Source: Octopus vulgaris (lineage: Eukaryota). From it: a stretch of DNA of 64,000 nt. The translations under genes and the position numbers were made by a program. Positions 14,187 through 27,642 of the stretch are shown in pieces (position 1 is the first letter of the stretch; every line of letters starts with the position of its first letter). The notes under the pieces are model-generated. The model was not told where the DNA came from and ran no database searches. It worked only from the letters and a program-made list of their open reading frames with translations. Location of the stretch: contig OX597815.1 in NCBI GenBank assembly GCA_951406725.2, positions 87,668,001 through 87,732,000 of the forward strand, in the 5' to 3' direction.

Positions 14187-14588
14187 ATGTGTGTGTGCGT
14201 GTGTGTGTGTGTATTCACGTATATATATGCATATACATACACATACTTATACATATATATGCATACACAGTTACACACACACACGCACACATATGTTGTA
14301 TATACATGCACTTATATGTATGCACACATATGCTTAGATAAACTTGTATTGGTAGACTAGAAAATATACACATTCAGTTATTCAATTTATTTGTCTTCTT
14401 GTTAATTGTTTGCAAAAATATATTTTACCACATTAGAGAAACAAAACGATTACAAGTGCTAAAGTCTAACGTTGAATTCTAAGTAGGATTTTGAGGCAAG
14501 AAAAACAAAATTGTATTTAGTTGTCTGATTACCCAGATTGTGATTTAAAGCCAGCAGCCAGAAAACCATATAAAATAATATTAAATAC

Positions 14589-14683
14589 CTTGAGTATGTA
14601 ACTTCCAAATTTCATATCTGTGATGTCAATCCATTGACAGTCTATGTCGTGGTAATAGTTGTCTGAACAGTTCACTGAAAGAC
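14589..14683 (-). CDS. LOXL: LOXL exon G: LTQ tyrosine
   Basis: caaaacag|...|gtattt, 95 nt, phase 1-0: [32 protein letters not shown] (CxDx[12 protein letters not shown]). Confidence 0.96.
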
Positions 14684-16870
14684 CTGTTTTGAAGATAGCA
14701 AAAATTACTTTGACTCTCGAAGCATTAACAAAGTATTGAAGTTTGTTTGTTAACAAATAAAGAGTGATATTTTTCATTCATTTTCAAAATTCTCCCATCA
14801 AATTCTTTGAGGAAAATCACAACTTGGAGTCTCTTGTCTTCCATTGCGCTTTATGGTGTTGTGCAACTCGTCTAACGCCAAACATTACTTCGTGTGAGGA
14901 AGTGTTATATGCATAAGAAAAATTAACCATTACATTGTATGGAAACGGAATACTCCTTAGTTTTAGGGTGTAGCCATTACATATTTTGGAGAGCTGCATC
15001 AATAAGTAGTGCCTGCTTACGACTAGGTGGATTGGTCCGTTGAGAGATGACTGCACTGCTTAAAAACAGAGGGCAGTAAGTGTCATACCTTGGATGTATA
15101 TCCAAGCTTACTGTCACAAGAGGGATCGAAATCATCATTAAAAGTTAACAAAGAACATTAAAATTTTATAGTAAATTCGATGTCTGTATTTCATGTGGGG
15201 AATTGTTTTTATTCTATGGGATTTGAGAGAGTTAAGACTTGGGGTAGTGGAGTGTTAAGTGTGATGGACTCAGTGCTAGCTGTCCAAATCATCCAAAACA
15301 TACAAATTCTCTTGTAGATGCTTTGAGTGAAACGTGGATGTATAACTCACATGTTGTAAGATTAAATCTTCAAACCCAAGTTCATCGCATATAAGAATAT
15401 TACTTAACATTTTGAAAATCAAGGTAACCTCAAGCACATACCAATGTGGTTACTGAATATAATACGTGAAAGAGAAGAATAATAAGTAAAGGGATGTTTG
15501 TTTAAACTTCTTCCTCTTGGAAGAGGTACATCAACGACAAATCTGAATGGTGGAACAAAACTTGGAATCAGTACTATTTATATCATATTATTTATATGAG
15601 CTACTTCTTGCCAAACGTTTCACCTCAGTAATATCATACATGAAAAGTGGGTCAAGTTGTCAGAAATGGCGGAACGCCGGGCAGATTATAAAGTATTTAA
15701 TTTTCTCCATCTATGTTTTGAGTTCAAATTCTGTGTGGGTTGATTTTGCTTTTGGTTCCATTATGATCTGTACAATTTATAACAGTTATATATTGGAAAA
15801 TTTAATCAACAAAACTCCATCTACTAAAATCGATCTTTAGTATTTTTCATTTTACTTAACTGGATGTTAGCTACATTTTAGAAACAACACATTTAGATAA
15901 GACCACAATTATTTCACAATGGAATTCATAATCATTTATCAAGGCCTCGAGTATTTTGATAGCAATTTTACAACACATTTAGGCTTTCTTTTGACTGAGA
16001 TTACAGAAAAATGAATTCAGTGTAGAGAAAAGGTGTTATTAATTATTGACATTCCAGTTGGCTGTAGTATTGGATCACGAATCTAGGCCCTTTGCTCTAA
16101 GGCTTTAAATACTAACAAACATTTTACTTCACACCCCTTTACTGTTCCAAAATAACCCGACATTTTGTACAACCAACATAAAGAGGCTGAACTACGAATG
16201 AGCAGCCGATAAATTACTTCGTAACTATCCTTTGTGAGTATAGTAAATAAAAATCACACAAAATATTTTATAAGTGCCTGGAAGGGTACTGAAACTACAC
16301 GGGAAGCTGGTGCTCTAAGATTATCTGTCCTTGAACAAATGTTCAGTCAAAATTAGTTCTGTGCTTTAATGCTTTATATACTGGCAGAAAAATAATGTTT
16401 AGCTATAAGTCTTTTCAGGAGAAAATTCAGAAAAGGACATTAGGAAAAATAAAATAAAACAAGAACCATTACTGATGTGAAACCATATGAAGTAGAATGC
16501 ATAAAATTCGAGATAGAAAAGCATTGAGTCCTTTTTACAATAATGTTGAAATACTAAGGTTGTCAATACACGTTGTTAAAAGTAGGCTGGTACTTGGAGG
16601 AGGTTCAGGTTAAAAGGTGAAAAGACGAAGGAAACATATATATGTAGGTTAGCATAAATAGGTAAAAACAAACCGGTAAATTCTGATGCATGCACACGTC
16701 AGTCACCTGCATACGTAACAGGTTATGATTACAACTGAGTCTAACTAGTGATGTACACAACACTAGTTGTTAATGTGGTTCACAAAGACGGGAAACATTT
16801 ATTGATACTTGATCACATCTCGAATATTTAAGGAAGAAAGTTGAATATCTAGAAAGTATGAAACTCTTAC

Positions 16871-17028
16871 CTTGATCACCATATCCAATACAGTTATATT
16901 TTGGTGTGATTCCAGGTGGACATCGAGTGTCTTCTAAGCAGAAACTGGCCTTGTGACCTTGAGCTACACGATTTCCCTTTAAATCCATTATGTCATAGTG
17001 AGCGAAGATCTCCATACTATGGTAATGC
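16871..17028 (-). CDS. LOXL: LOXL exon F: copper-binding His residues and the LTQ lysine
   Basis: ctctgccag|...|gtaaga, 158 nt, phase 2-1: [53 protein letters not shown] ([10 protein letters not shown]). Confidence 0.96.
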
Positions 17029-18672
17029 CTGGCAGAGTAGAATATACAGGTTGAAATTATTTGTGAATATTAATTAATATAGTGAAATATACTTTGACAT
17101 TTTGTATCCATATTGAACACTATAAATAAGCGTAAAATATTGTTTAACATCATACTAGCAGATCGGATTATACCACATCATGCTATGGAACTGTGACACA
17201 CCAAACAGAATCTCACAAACGGACGTCTGTTGTGTCACACCATGTTGCATATATTTTATGGACACACGACTGCATATTGTGTCTAACATTGCGACCACGT
17301 TACAATGTTACCAAACACTTTTTTTTAGAATCAACCAAGATTGACGGCTGTAATAAGAAAAGCAACTGAAAATGTTATAGACCAGTAAATTCTAGAATAT
17401 GCGCTATTCATCACTCACTAAAGGGTGTTGAGATCGGTTTATTGTTGCTTATTAGAAATTTCCTGTGTTAATACCTTCTAGAATTTTGGGTATCTCAATC
17501 TCTGGTTAATGTTGTGGGTTAATGAGTATTATGAGTGAGCTGTCGATAGAATCAGTCTGGGAATCACCTATATAGGTAATAAATAATGATAATTTTTTTA
17601 TTCTGCGAGGCTAAGTCGATGAGAATGTGGGGGTCGTCAGATGTTCCCCTTTTCATAGGGATAGAGCATGTTATTGCCTATTTTCATAGTTCTTAGTGCT
17701 GAAGAGACTGAACAATAACATTTGGACACAATAGTTGCATGTGAAAATTGGATACCTTCTAGGACTGCAACATTATGGCTCGTGGATTTGTTAGTATTTA
17801 AATATTTAAGTATTTGATAAACTAACAGACGAAGAAATTAAATAGTCAACATTATATAGAAGAAATGTCAGCTAGGTTAGATTTATTTTTAGTGAGTAAC
17901 TGACTACAAAGTAAGTAGCAAAGGCGTATGATGCGAAAAGGGGTAAGCCTCTAAAAAGAATCGTTACTAGGCTGGGTAGAAAAGAAATGTAAAATTGGCT
18001 TAAGTTGTTCGAGATATTTTTTATCAGGGGAGCAGAATACTTGCAGATCTTAGACATGGATTTTTGAATGAAGGAAATTCTGAGGATTGAAGCTAACTGA
18101 TGACCTAAAGGTAGAATGTTCAAATCATAGCACTGGCGTTGTACTGTGATTTAATAACTAAGGCCTTTCAAATGGCTTAGTAACCCCATATACAAATAAG
18201 TGTCGTACGTATCTAAAGTTCACCGCTTTAAGCAGTGGAAATGTATTATCCTACACGAGTTTGTTTTTTAAAATAAGCGGATGAGACTTGAATCTTTCAC
18301 AGGAGACATTGTCAAATGATAAAATGCCTATTCGCAACAACAAATTGAAACCGAGGTATAGGAAAGTAGGTGTACTGTCCACATGCATACAACGAAATAT
18401 CCATGCAGAATTGTCTTATATACTGGTTGTCTAATGAAACACCAATCATTCTATTTCTGTTAAAGGGAGCAGTACTATATGATTAACGAAAGTTTCGTTG
18501 GCTTGCTGTTGGCTGCTGTCAAATGTTCTCTAGGATATAGTTTAGAAAAAGATAGAATCGACTAAACTTAGCTACTTTAGATATGTTAAATAAAGACAAG
18601 GTTTAGGTTGAGTTCTAAGCAATTAAATGTCAATATCATGCAAAATACAAATAAGAACGAAAGAGAGCTTAC

Positions 18673-18790
18673 ATATGACATTCATGCCACTCCCAAGAAT
18701 CTTTTGGTGTGTTCGGGATAAAGTCTGCTACGCCTTTGTTATGTACAATACTGCTGAAGCGAAGCAATCGTCGTGTGGCTGCAACCCAAT
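18673..18790 (-). CDS. LOXL: LOXL exon E: start of the copper-binding motif
   Basis: ctccaacag|...|gtaagc, 118 nt, phase 1-2: DWVAATRRLLRFSSIVHNKGVADFIPNTPKDSWEWHECH (RxLLRF, NxGxADF, WxWHxCH). Confidence 0.95.
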
Positions 18791-19067
18791 CTGTTGGAGC
18801 AACATCATTAAATAATTATCATCATTACAACCACCATCAAAGCCACCCCACCACCACCATGTTTCTAAGAGGTTTATGCGAGTTTCTATTGTGCCACCAG
18901 GTTCACTTCAGTGTTTCTGGGATGTGTGCAGCAATGTCATTTGAGAATGTAAAACCGTGTTTATACATGAGTTCTGCATTGTCGAAAGATTTGGTTCGTT
19001 TCTGGTGCTGTACGGAGTTAGTGCAATGAGAGCTGTATTAGTTTGTTGGATATTATTTGTGTATCGT

Positions 19068-19280
19068 AAAGGTGGCGAGCTGGCAAAATCGTGAGCATAC
19101 CGGGTAAAATGTTCAGCGCCATTTCGTTCGTCTTTACGTTCGGAGTTCAAATTCCACCAAGATCAACTTTACCTTTCCTCCTTTCAGGGTCGATAAAATA
19201 CTCACCAGTTGAGTCCTGGAGTTCAATGTAACCGACTTGCCTCCCAAAATTTCAGGCCTTGTGTTTATCGTAGGACGGAA
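19068..19280 (+). mobile_element. SINE family A copy
   Basis: aaggtggcgagctggcaaaatcgtgagc...gagttcaaattccaccaagatc.actttacctttc.tcctttc... Confidence 0.8.
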
Positions 19281-19424
19281 TATGTGATATGCAGCGACCG
19301 TTATGTTATTGGACGGTGACAATGTTAAATGTGAGTTATAGTGTTGGGTATCGATAATGGAATAATATATTTTTAGGTTACATTAAAGTGTTTAGTTACA
19401 AAAAATTATTTTCTAAATCTGCCG

Positions 19425-19720
19425 GTCAAAAGGTAAAGATCAGACCAAAGCGAGATATACAAATATTTAGGAATCAATGAACTAGATACGATTCAACATA
19501 CACAAATGAAAGAGAAAATAAAGAAAGAATACTATAGATTAGTACTGAAAATAAAGCTCAATGCGAAAAACAAAATAATAGGCATCAACACTTTAGCCAT
19601 CCCAGTTATAAGTTACAGTTACAATATCCTTAACTGGACACTAAATGAATTAATCAAAATAGATAGGAAAACAAGAAAAATAATGACAGGATTTATGATA
19701 CACCACTCAAAATCTGACAT
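19425..19720 (+). mobile_element. R4/Dong-clade LINE fragment (post-RT region)
   Basis: MKEKIKKEYY..LVLK..LNAKNKIIGINTLAIPVISYSY..LNWT..EL..IDRKTRKIMT...HHSKSDI. Confidence 0.8.
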
Positions 19721-22035
19721 AGTGCTTTATCTTTGCAATCTTTCATCCGACACAAACCTGACCTTCTTACTTCTAATAATAGCGGTTCTGTGACATTTTT
19801 TACATACCATGCTATGTTGTTTTCTTCTGCTCTAATGCTGTGTTCGCATCCAATAACAGTCTGTCTTTCTATCTAAGCTGTTTAGTTCGTTTACTGTCCA
19901 TGCGATTACCCCTGCTCCATCTCTAAAGAGTGAAACCGCCCAGGTGTTGATAGCTTCGATCTTATTCCGTCCGTTTAATTTCAACTTAAGGATCAATTTC
20001 AGTCTGCAAAAGTACTCCATCTTAAAATTTTCTGTCATTTCTTTCTCCATCAATTTATCCGTTTCCAAAATCCCCAAGTACTTATAGCTCGTCTCTTCTA
20101 TCTGCTTCATAACCTTTCCCGACGGTATCGTTAGTCCGTCCATACATTTGATTTTGCCTCTCTTCAAGACTAACACTCCACACTTTCTCAGTCCGAACTC
20201 CATTCTGATATCGGCACTGAAGGTATACACCGTATCAACGAGGGAACTGACTTGGGCTTCATCCTTACCATAAAATTTGAGGTCATCCATGAATAAAAAA
20301 TGGTTGACTTTTTGTTGGCAGCTTTTGAATACATACCCAGCTTTTGCTTTCCTCAGAATCAGTGTTAGTGGTATCAAGCACAGTACAGAGATCAGTGGGG
20401 ACAGGCAGTTTCCTTGGAAGATGTCCCTCCTAATCTCTACTTTCCTAAACTTCTTCCGTATGCTGTCAGGTCCGTCCTCAATTTGCCATACTTTTTCCAA
20501 GCAATCGCTTAACATTCGATGCAATACCAAATAGGTTCATACACTCCATAATCCAAGAATGTAGGATCATATCGTACGCCTTACGATAGTCGATCCATGA
20601 CATGGTTAAGTTACTTTTCCTCCTCTTGCAGTCTCTGAGTACAGTTTTGTCTATCAGAAGTTGATCCTTGGTACCTCTGCACTTACGCTTGCAACCCTTC
20701 TGCTCATGTAGAAGGACTCCATTTTTTTCCAGATGTTCGTACATCGACTCTGCAAGTATTCCAGTCAATAATTTCCATATAAGTGGCAGACAGGATATCG
20801 GCCTGTAATTGTCAACCGTATTGCCTTATTCGATGTTTTTCAGACACAACACCGTCCTACCCGCTGTCGACCACTCTCGTGTTACTTGGTCGGCATTTAA
20901 CAAGGTACTGAGTTGCGCAGCTATTCGTGCATGACATTCACCAAATCTTTTGATTCAGTAGCCTTGAACTCCATGTGGTCCCAGGGCCTTTCAGTTGCTC
21001 ATCTTTTTGCTGATTTCCTTCACTTCCCTAACTGAAATGACTAGTTCTGCCAGTTTTGGACAGATTACTCTTTGTTTCAGTTCTTGCAACTATTCAGCAT
21101 CCTTCTTGTGTTCTTTGTCTTTGCTCCAGATGTAACTCCAAAACCTTTGACTTTCAATGTTATCTGGTATCAACTTTTCATCTGTACACTCTCAATTTAT
21201 TTCTTTAGAGAATCTCTTCTGATCTACTCTGAATAACCTATTCTGGTGGTAACCCTTCATTCTTTGGTCGTATCTTACCATCTTTGCTTTCTTTGCAACG
21301 AGGTGCTGTTTCAGTTCCTCCCATACTACTTTCAGGCCCTTTCATTCAATATTATACTTCCTTTTCAGCGCCCTGTATTTTTGTTCGCTTTTAAGCTCTC
21401 TTTTCTCTTTTCGGTCTAACACAGAGATTTCCTTCGAGAGCATGTCTAACCCTGTCTGGATTCTTCTTTTCCGCCATGGATCTTTTCTTTCATCATTCCC
21501 ATTATGTCACTTTTTCTTGAAATCAACACCCGCATTTTCTGCTACAACAATACTTGCTGCCTTGATCAAATTATTTGTTTCTGTGATGTTGTTTGTTCTG
21601 ATATATTTCAGAATTTCATTGACATTTTTCGTTTCTAAGTTCAATTTCCATCGATCCACCTTTTTAAGGTTACAAATAATGTCGGTATCATTCTCCCGTA
21701 GTCTTGCCTTTATTCTGTCGTAGATTGCCTTTTGTTCATCTGTCATGTCGCTATTAGTTTTATTGTCTTCTTTTAGATCATCTACATGTCTCTCATCAAC
21801 TATCACTGCTCGTTTCCTGTGCTATGGGATTACACTTATTAGTAAGATCTCTATTTTCATTGTTATCTCTGCTGCTATTTTCTATGACCCGTCTTTTGAT
21901 AGCTTCGAGCTCTACTTCTGTGAACCAACAATCTTTTCTTATTGCTCTAGCTTGATCACATAGTCTCTGTTCTGTGAGTTGAAACAATCCCTTTTCTCTC
22001 CAATGATCATACATACGCTGTCGATAACCCCTAAG
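19721..22035 (-). mobile_element. R4/Dong-clade LINE, truncated and frameshifted reverse-transcriptase pseudogene
   Basis: Fragments [107 protein letters not shown], with stops, frameshifts and an internal deletion after LDRKT. Confidence 0.9.
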
Positions 22036-22137
22036 GGTAAGGGTGGTAGTTGGGCCTCAGATTCATGTGGTATCATAATAGTAGTAGTTGTAGTATTATT
22101 GAAGTATTAGTGGTATTTAGTATCAGCAGCTGCAGCA

Positions 22138-22204
<67 letters not shown>

Positions 22205-22230
22205 GTTGTTGTTGTTGTTGTTGTTGTTAT
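22138..22230. repeat. (ATT)n/(GTT)n microsatellite
   Basis: Read directly. Confidence 0.95.
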
Positions 22231-22559
22231 TTTCATTATCACCATCACCACCACTACCATTGGTGGAGGAAATATTTGGGCAGCAGTTTGGTGAATAGAT
22301 CATATTCTACAGGTCTATAAATAGATTCGGCAGATGGTGGAGAAATCAGCCATAGAGACAAATGAATCTTCTCACCCTTTGGGTCAGCAGAGGTGAAATG
22401 TGTTTACTACTACCAGTGGTCGCTGAGAGCGCTGCCTTGAAAAGAAGCAATTCAACCTGTTTTATTTGTAATTACTGGTAGAAAAAACAATAATAATAAT
22501 ACACACACACACATCCTGATATTCACATCGTTGAATTTTTGAATTTCTGAATTCAATTG

Positions 22560-23420
22560 TGTTATTGCAATAAAAGGTGTGTTTACGTATTTGGGTAATA
22601 TATTGAAGTTTTTAGGTTTTCTTAAGATGTTCGTTTGTCTGTCCAGTTAGAGAATACAGTAGAACTTCTGCAATTAAAAGGATGTTTACATTTTCGAATA
22701 CTCAGGGAGAGTCAAACAGAAAAGGAAACAAGTTGTAGATAGTAAAGTTTTAAGAGTTACTAAATATTGTCTTTTGTATGACCACACAGAGAGAAATGGT
22801 AGTGTTCTCAGAATAAAAAGGAGGATCGTTTGTGTGTTCGAAAGCTGTAGGTATGTAAGTTTTCTAACTTATTTTTATTTTGAGGGAGAGTTAAAATATT
22901 CACAGGAAATTGTAGATATTCCAGTCTTTGGGAATAGTAGGAGGAAGAGATGTTCACCTTGCTGGATTTTTGAATTTTTGAATTTCTTTTTCTTTTTCTT
23001 TTGGAATTTTTCTTTTCTTTTTAAAGGTTTTGCTGTGGTTTACAGTTTTTGTAGTTGTGCAGTATGTATATATTGGCAGGTGCTTACTTCCTTAATTTTC
23101 TTTATCGTGCATTTAATTGTGTTGTTACAATAAAAGTATTCTGTTAGTTAGGGAAGAAGGAAAGACAAAATGTTCACACAAAATTGGAGATATTAAAGTT
23201 TCTAAATTTTTTGAGGTGTTCGTTTGTATGTCTGCTCAGAGAAAAATGTGGTGGTATTTTTTTTTACAATAAAAAGGATGTTTACATTCTCGAGTATTCA
23301 GGGAAAAGGTTTTAAAGCTGATTGTTTATGTGTTCGAAAGCTGTAGATATGTAAGTTCCTTAACTTATTTTGAGGGAAATTCAAAATACTCACAGGGAAC
23401 TATAGACATTCCAGTCTTTT
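22560..23420. repeat. Diverged local direct duplication or decayed minisatellite
   Basis: About 22600-22930 matches about 23190-23420 (gttcgtttgt.tgtc, aaaaggatgtttacatt.tcga.ta.tcaggga, gtgttcgaaagctgtag.tatgtaagtt, ttccagtcttt). Confidence 0.7.
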
Positions 23421-23527
23421 AGAGTTATTTTTCAGTTGTCCTACCGGGTTGTATTAGTGTTTCTGTGTCTTCAGCTGCTGACAAGTCAGAGCAGCAAAGA
23501 ACACGTCCAGCCGCTTATTATTATTAA

Positions 23528-23574
<47 letters not shown>

Positions 23575-23624
23575 GTAGTAGTAGTAGTAGTAGTAATAGT
23601 ATTTGTAGTATTAGTGGTAGTATT

Positions 23625-23964
23625 AAGCTGGTGAGCTGGCAGAATTGTTAGCATACCGGGCAAAATGCTTAACGGTATTTCGTCTGCCGCTACGTTCTGA
23701 GTTCAAATTCCGCCGAGGTCGATTTTGCTTTCATCCTTTCGGGGTCGATTAAATAAGTACCAGTTACGCACTGGGGTCGATGTAATCGACTTAATCCGTT
23801 TGTCTGTCCTTATTTGCCCCCTCTGTGTTCAAATTCCGCCGAGGTCGACTTTGCCTTTCATCTTTTCGGGGTCATTTAAATAAGTACCAGTTACGCACTG
23901 GGGTCGATGTAATCGACTTAGCTCCTCCCCCAAAATTTCAGGTCTTGTGCCGATAGTAGAAAGG

Positions 23965-23965
<1 letters not shown>
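23625..23965 (+). mobile_element. SINE family A copy with an internal tandem duplication
   Basis: gttcaaattccgccgaggtcga...gtcgatgtaatcgactta occurs at about 23701-23793 and again at about 23827-23920. CpGs are intact and there is an (ATT)n tail. Confidence 0.85.
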
Positions 23966-24002
<37 letters not shown>

Positions 24003-24003
<1 letters not shown>

Positions 24004-24395
24004 GAGTGAGAGAGCAGTTCATGCCATCAAAGTGACACTGGGGTAAAATATACGAAGCCCAATATACCCATCATGACTACCCGTCTGATAAGGGTACACC
24101 AGGCACATGCATCACAACCATATGTGCGCGACATGGTGATCTTATATCAAGATAAACAGCACATGACCTTGCAGGTGGGGCCCAGTTAGAAATTTCTTCA
24201 GGTTGAGTAGCCCATCCCGCTCAAAAGGTCCCTGAATAAGGGTTGTTTAAGGATGTTGAAAGAACCACCCATGTTTCCAGAGGTGAATTATTCAAACCCC
24301 AAAGAATCCCTCTCAACACATGGCTATGATGCTCCCCCACTACTTCTGCTCGTGATCAGAGATGCATATATCGTCAGCCACTAAGGGACATGCGC
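24003..24395 (-). mobile_element. Non-coding retroposon inserted in a (TAA)n tract (copy 2, 5'-truncated)
   Basis: Reverse complement of about 2430-2815; flanked on both sides by (ATT)n. Confidence 0.75.
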
Positions 24396-24461
<66 letters not shown>

Positions 24462-24572
24462 AGTGCTTCAAGCCAGCATGTCTGACAAGTCATCAATATT
24501 GCCAAGTGCAGTTGTCGACGTGAAACCATCTCTCTCTGTTTTTTTCTCTCTCTTTTTTTCTCTCTCTCTTTC

Positions 24573-24614
<42 letters not shown>

Positions 24615-25388
24615 TCTCTCTCAGGGCAACACGAAGTATTGGAATGTAGAGTGGACTACTCTGCTGAATACTCCATGGAATCATTATACAAAGTCAAAGC
24701 CGCCAGATGTGTCCCGGTGACTTAGTGAGTGATAAAGCACAGATTGATGAGTTAATCAAGTAGTTCAAAGAATTATAGCATAGCTCTTAACGAATTACAA
24801 GTATCAATTGAGCTGTTGCTTATACTAGCCTTCTGTAGGGTGAAGTAAATGAGATGTATATTCCCATTCACCCGCATATGATACTATATTGCTTGTAGCT
24901 TTTTCATTGCATGAAGCATACGATTTAGTGTGACAAATCAACTTGTCAAGTTTACAGTGTTGCTACTGCTTGCAATAGTTAGTTTCCAATTCTGTATGAG
25001 CCATTTGAAAGCTAAAAGCGTTTTGGTTACAAATACAACAGGATATCCAGTGACATCCAGTGTGTCGTGACCAAGGGTCGTTGACACCTTCCATTTGCAA
25101 AGTTTTTGATTATTAATCTGTGTGGCGCCACTCGGCTACAGACGCAACACATTTTCAGCTGTGTGAGGTGAAATGAAGTGCCTTGCACAAGTATTTAATA
25201 CGTTGAGTCGAAAGTACGACTGTACGATCTAACAACGAAAGCTAGGCGAACCGACAAACTCTCAATTGCTTTGTCTGATGCTATATCCACCCAGCCAACT
25301 ACCACAAATCATTTTACTGATAAAAAACAACAAAAACAAAGCAAAACAAACAGCCCTCCTTTCTTTAAACTATATCAGAATTCATTAC

Positions 25389-25529
25389 CTCTGGAATGTT
25401 CTTTAACTTCATAAGCTTCTGATGCAAGACAATTCTCTTCCATAGCACATTGTAAATAGTAAAGAGGCTTGTCCTCAAGCCGAATTGATAATCGAAGTGC
25501 TTCAACGTCTGGTACTAAGTCAGGAAGCT
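25389..25529 (-). CDS. LOXL: LOXL exon D: start of the lysyl oxidase catalytic domain
   Basis: ttcttttacag|...|gtaatg, 141 nt, phase 1-1: ELPDLVPDVEALRLSIRLEDKPLYYLQCAMEENCLASEAYEVKEHSR (LPDLV and CAxEENCLA LOX motifs). Confidence 0.95.
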
Positions 25530-25770
25530 CTGTAAAAGAATGTAATGGAATAATGATTTAATCTGTGAATGAAATGAAAGCATGTTGTCTGAGTTCAAAA
25601 TATTCTTAGTAGGGTAGTAGTTGAGTTAAAGATCTTTTGACAAACAGTAATAATGAAAATATATCTTTATATTTTTGTACATGTTAGAAAAGAAAGATAA
25701 TTCTTTTATTAGTTTCAGTCATTGGACTATGGCCATACAGGGACACCAAATTTAAACGTATAATCAATTA

Positions 25771-25840
25771 TATCGATTCTAGAGTAATTATCAATTCTAG
25801 AGTAATATCGATTCTAGAGTAATATCGATTCTAGAGTAAT
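25771..25840. repeat. Minisatellite, 4 x 17-18 bp (atcgattctagagtaat)
   Basis: Read directly. Confidence 0.9.
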
Positions 25841-26039
25841 TATTTTATCAGCCGCAGATAGAAGAAAGGCAAAGTTGGTCTGAGTGGAATTTGAATGCAA
25901 AACTTAAGGAGGAATAACTCTCCAGATACTGTCGAAATTTGTTTGTGCGGTTTACATCGACTTTCCAATGTGTTTTTTGTCACCCCTGTATATGCAAATA
26001 TAATTTATTTTCCTTTTACACCAAATCTAAACAGTAGCG

Positions 26040-27140
26040 TTTCGACAATTTGATGCGTTTCTACAATTGCATTCAGCATGTGAGTCATTGGCATTTCTAG
26101 TTTTTGGTTGTAGTTGGAGATTTGCGGGCCTGTTATCCAAATAACTACAGCTGATTTTTATTAAATTTTTGTTAAATATTTTGGGATGTCTGAGTAAAAC
26201 AGGGAAGTGTGTACTTATGAGTAATAGGAAGTTTCTCGCTATGTTTGCAGATACTATATGAAGTGCTATTATCTAATATTAACATTTCTAAATTTAATAT
26301 TTTTCGTATAGGATGTTCCAAGTACTTCAGTTTGTCTTTGAAACCACTTCTTTCAAAGACTTTGAGTCTTTATTAGATATGTTCTTATCTGATGTTTACA
26401 AATAATATATGTAATACGTTTTATAATTGTGGGTAGATGAATAAAATCCCTATTGATATATATTGTTTCCTCATTTAGTTTTCAGTAGGGATAGAATGTA
26501 ACTAGTGTTTAGGTTTAGGGTAATGTTTAGAAAGTTTATTATTTGAATTTCTTGTAATTTTCAGCTTAAATTCTTGAATATGTTAATTAGAATTTTTCTA
26601 ATCTTTTCTAAATCTGTTCATATCATATCCGTTCAAATAAGGGGATACTGTTGGCACGTCATCTGTATATGGTTCAATGTTAGGATGACTGCGCTCTATT
26701 TTTTAAGCGTTTAATACATAATACGATTAATCCGATATTTTTGATCCATCGTAGCTACTCTTGGATGCACTGAAGGGATTATTATTATTTTTTTATCCTG
26801 AAGGAGTCGTCACAAACTGAGAGCGACTACCTTGCGTTCGGGATTATATAATATTAACATCAGCTACAGCAGTGAATCATTTCTTAAATTTAGCTTTCAG
26901 AAGAGGGCCTAGAAATGGATGGGTAATATTCTACAATATCGAAGTGGGTGGACCTGGAGTTGAATTTACTTTCAATATCTATAAAGCTTCATTGCAATAA
27001 GTTTGCAATAAGATTAATAAGTTTATTGTTTCTTTAGTTTCAGAATTTTGGTATCTAATACAGTCTTACCAACTACAACTAATTAATTTTTTGACGGGAT
27101 TTACTTCGATAGATAGAAGGCGATGTTAAGCAATTCTTGA
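26040..27140 (-). mobile_element. Decayed Penelope-like element RT fragment
   Basis: Minus-strand FDIVEYYPSIS, FSASKSSYDGSKISD (compare FDVTMGSYDGAE), YTDD and INFLNITLNLNT...HLPTIIK, with many stops. Confidence 0.75.
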
Positions 27141-27384
27141 TGAATTTTTAAAGAAAACTGAAACTGAAAACAATTATTCATTTCTAGTTGGTGAAGCACC
27201 TGTTGTATATCAAGGGGCTATATTTTTACAGTAAGACTGTTTATCAAATATATATATACGATTTCTGCAAGCATACACACATATATAAGTGTGTGTGTAT
27301 GTGTATATGTGTATATGTGTATATGTACACATAAATGTGTACATTTATATATACTTATATATACACCACACACAAACACACACG

Positions 27385-27452
<68 letters not shown>

Positions 27453-27608
27453 TACATAGAGAAAAAATGAGAAAGTGGAAGTGGAAAGAAACTAGAAGAG
27501 TGCGAGAGAGAAAAAATAAGAGAAATTTCGAAAAGATAAAAAAAGAAAGAATGAGTTAAAAGTGCTAAAGACGTGAAGTTAGAGGAAAATAACGATAATG
27601 AGATTGAA

Positions 27609-27642
<34 letters not shown>

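Noticed and set aside
25771-25840. CRISPR-like repeats
   Set aside because: The 17-18 bp units are directly tandem with no spacers, and the context is eukaryotic.
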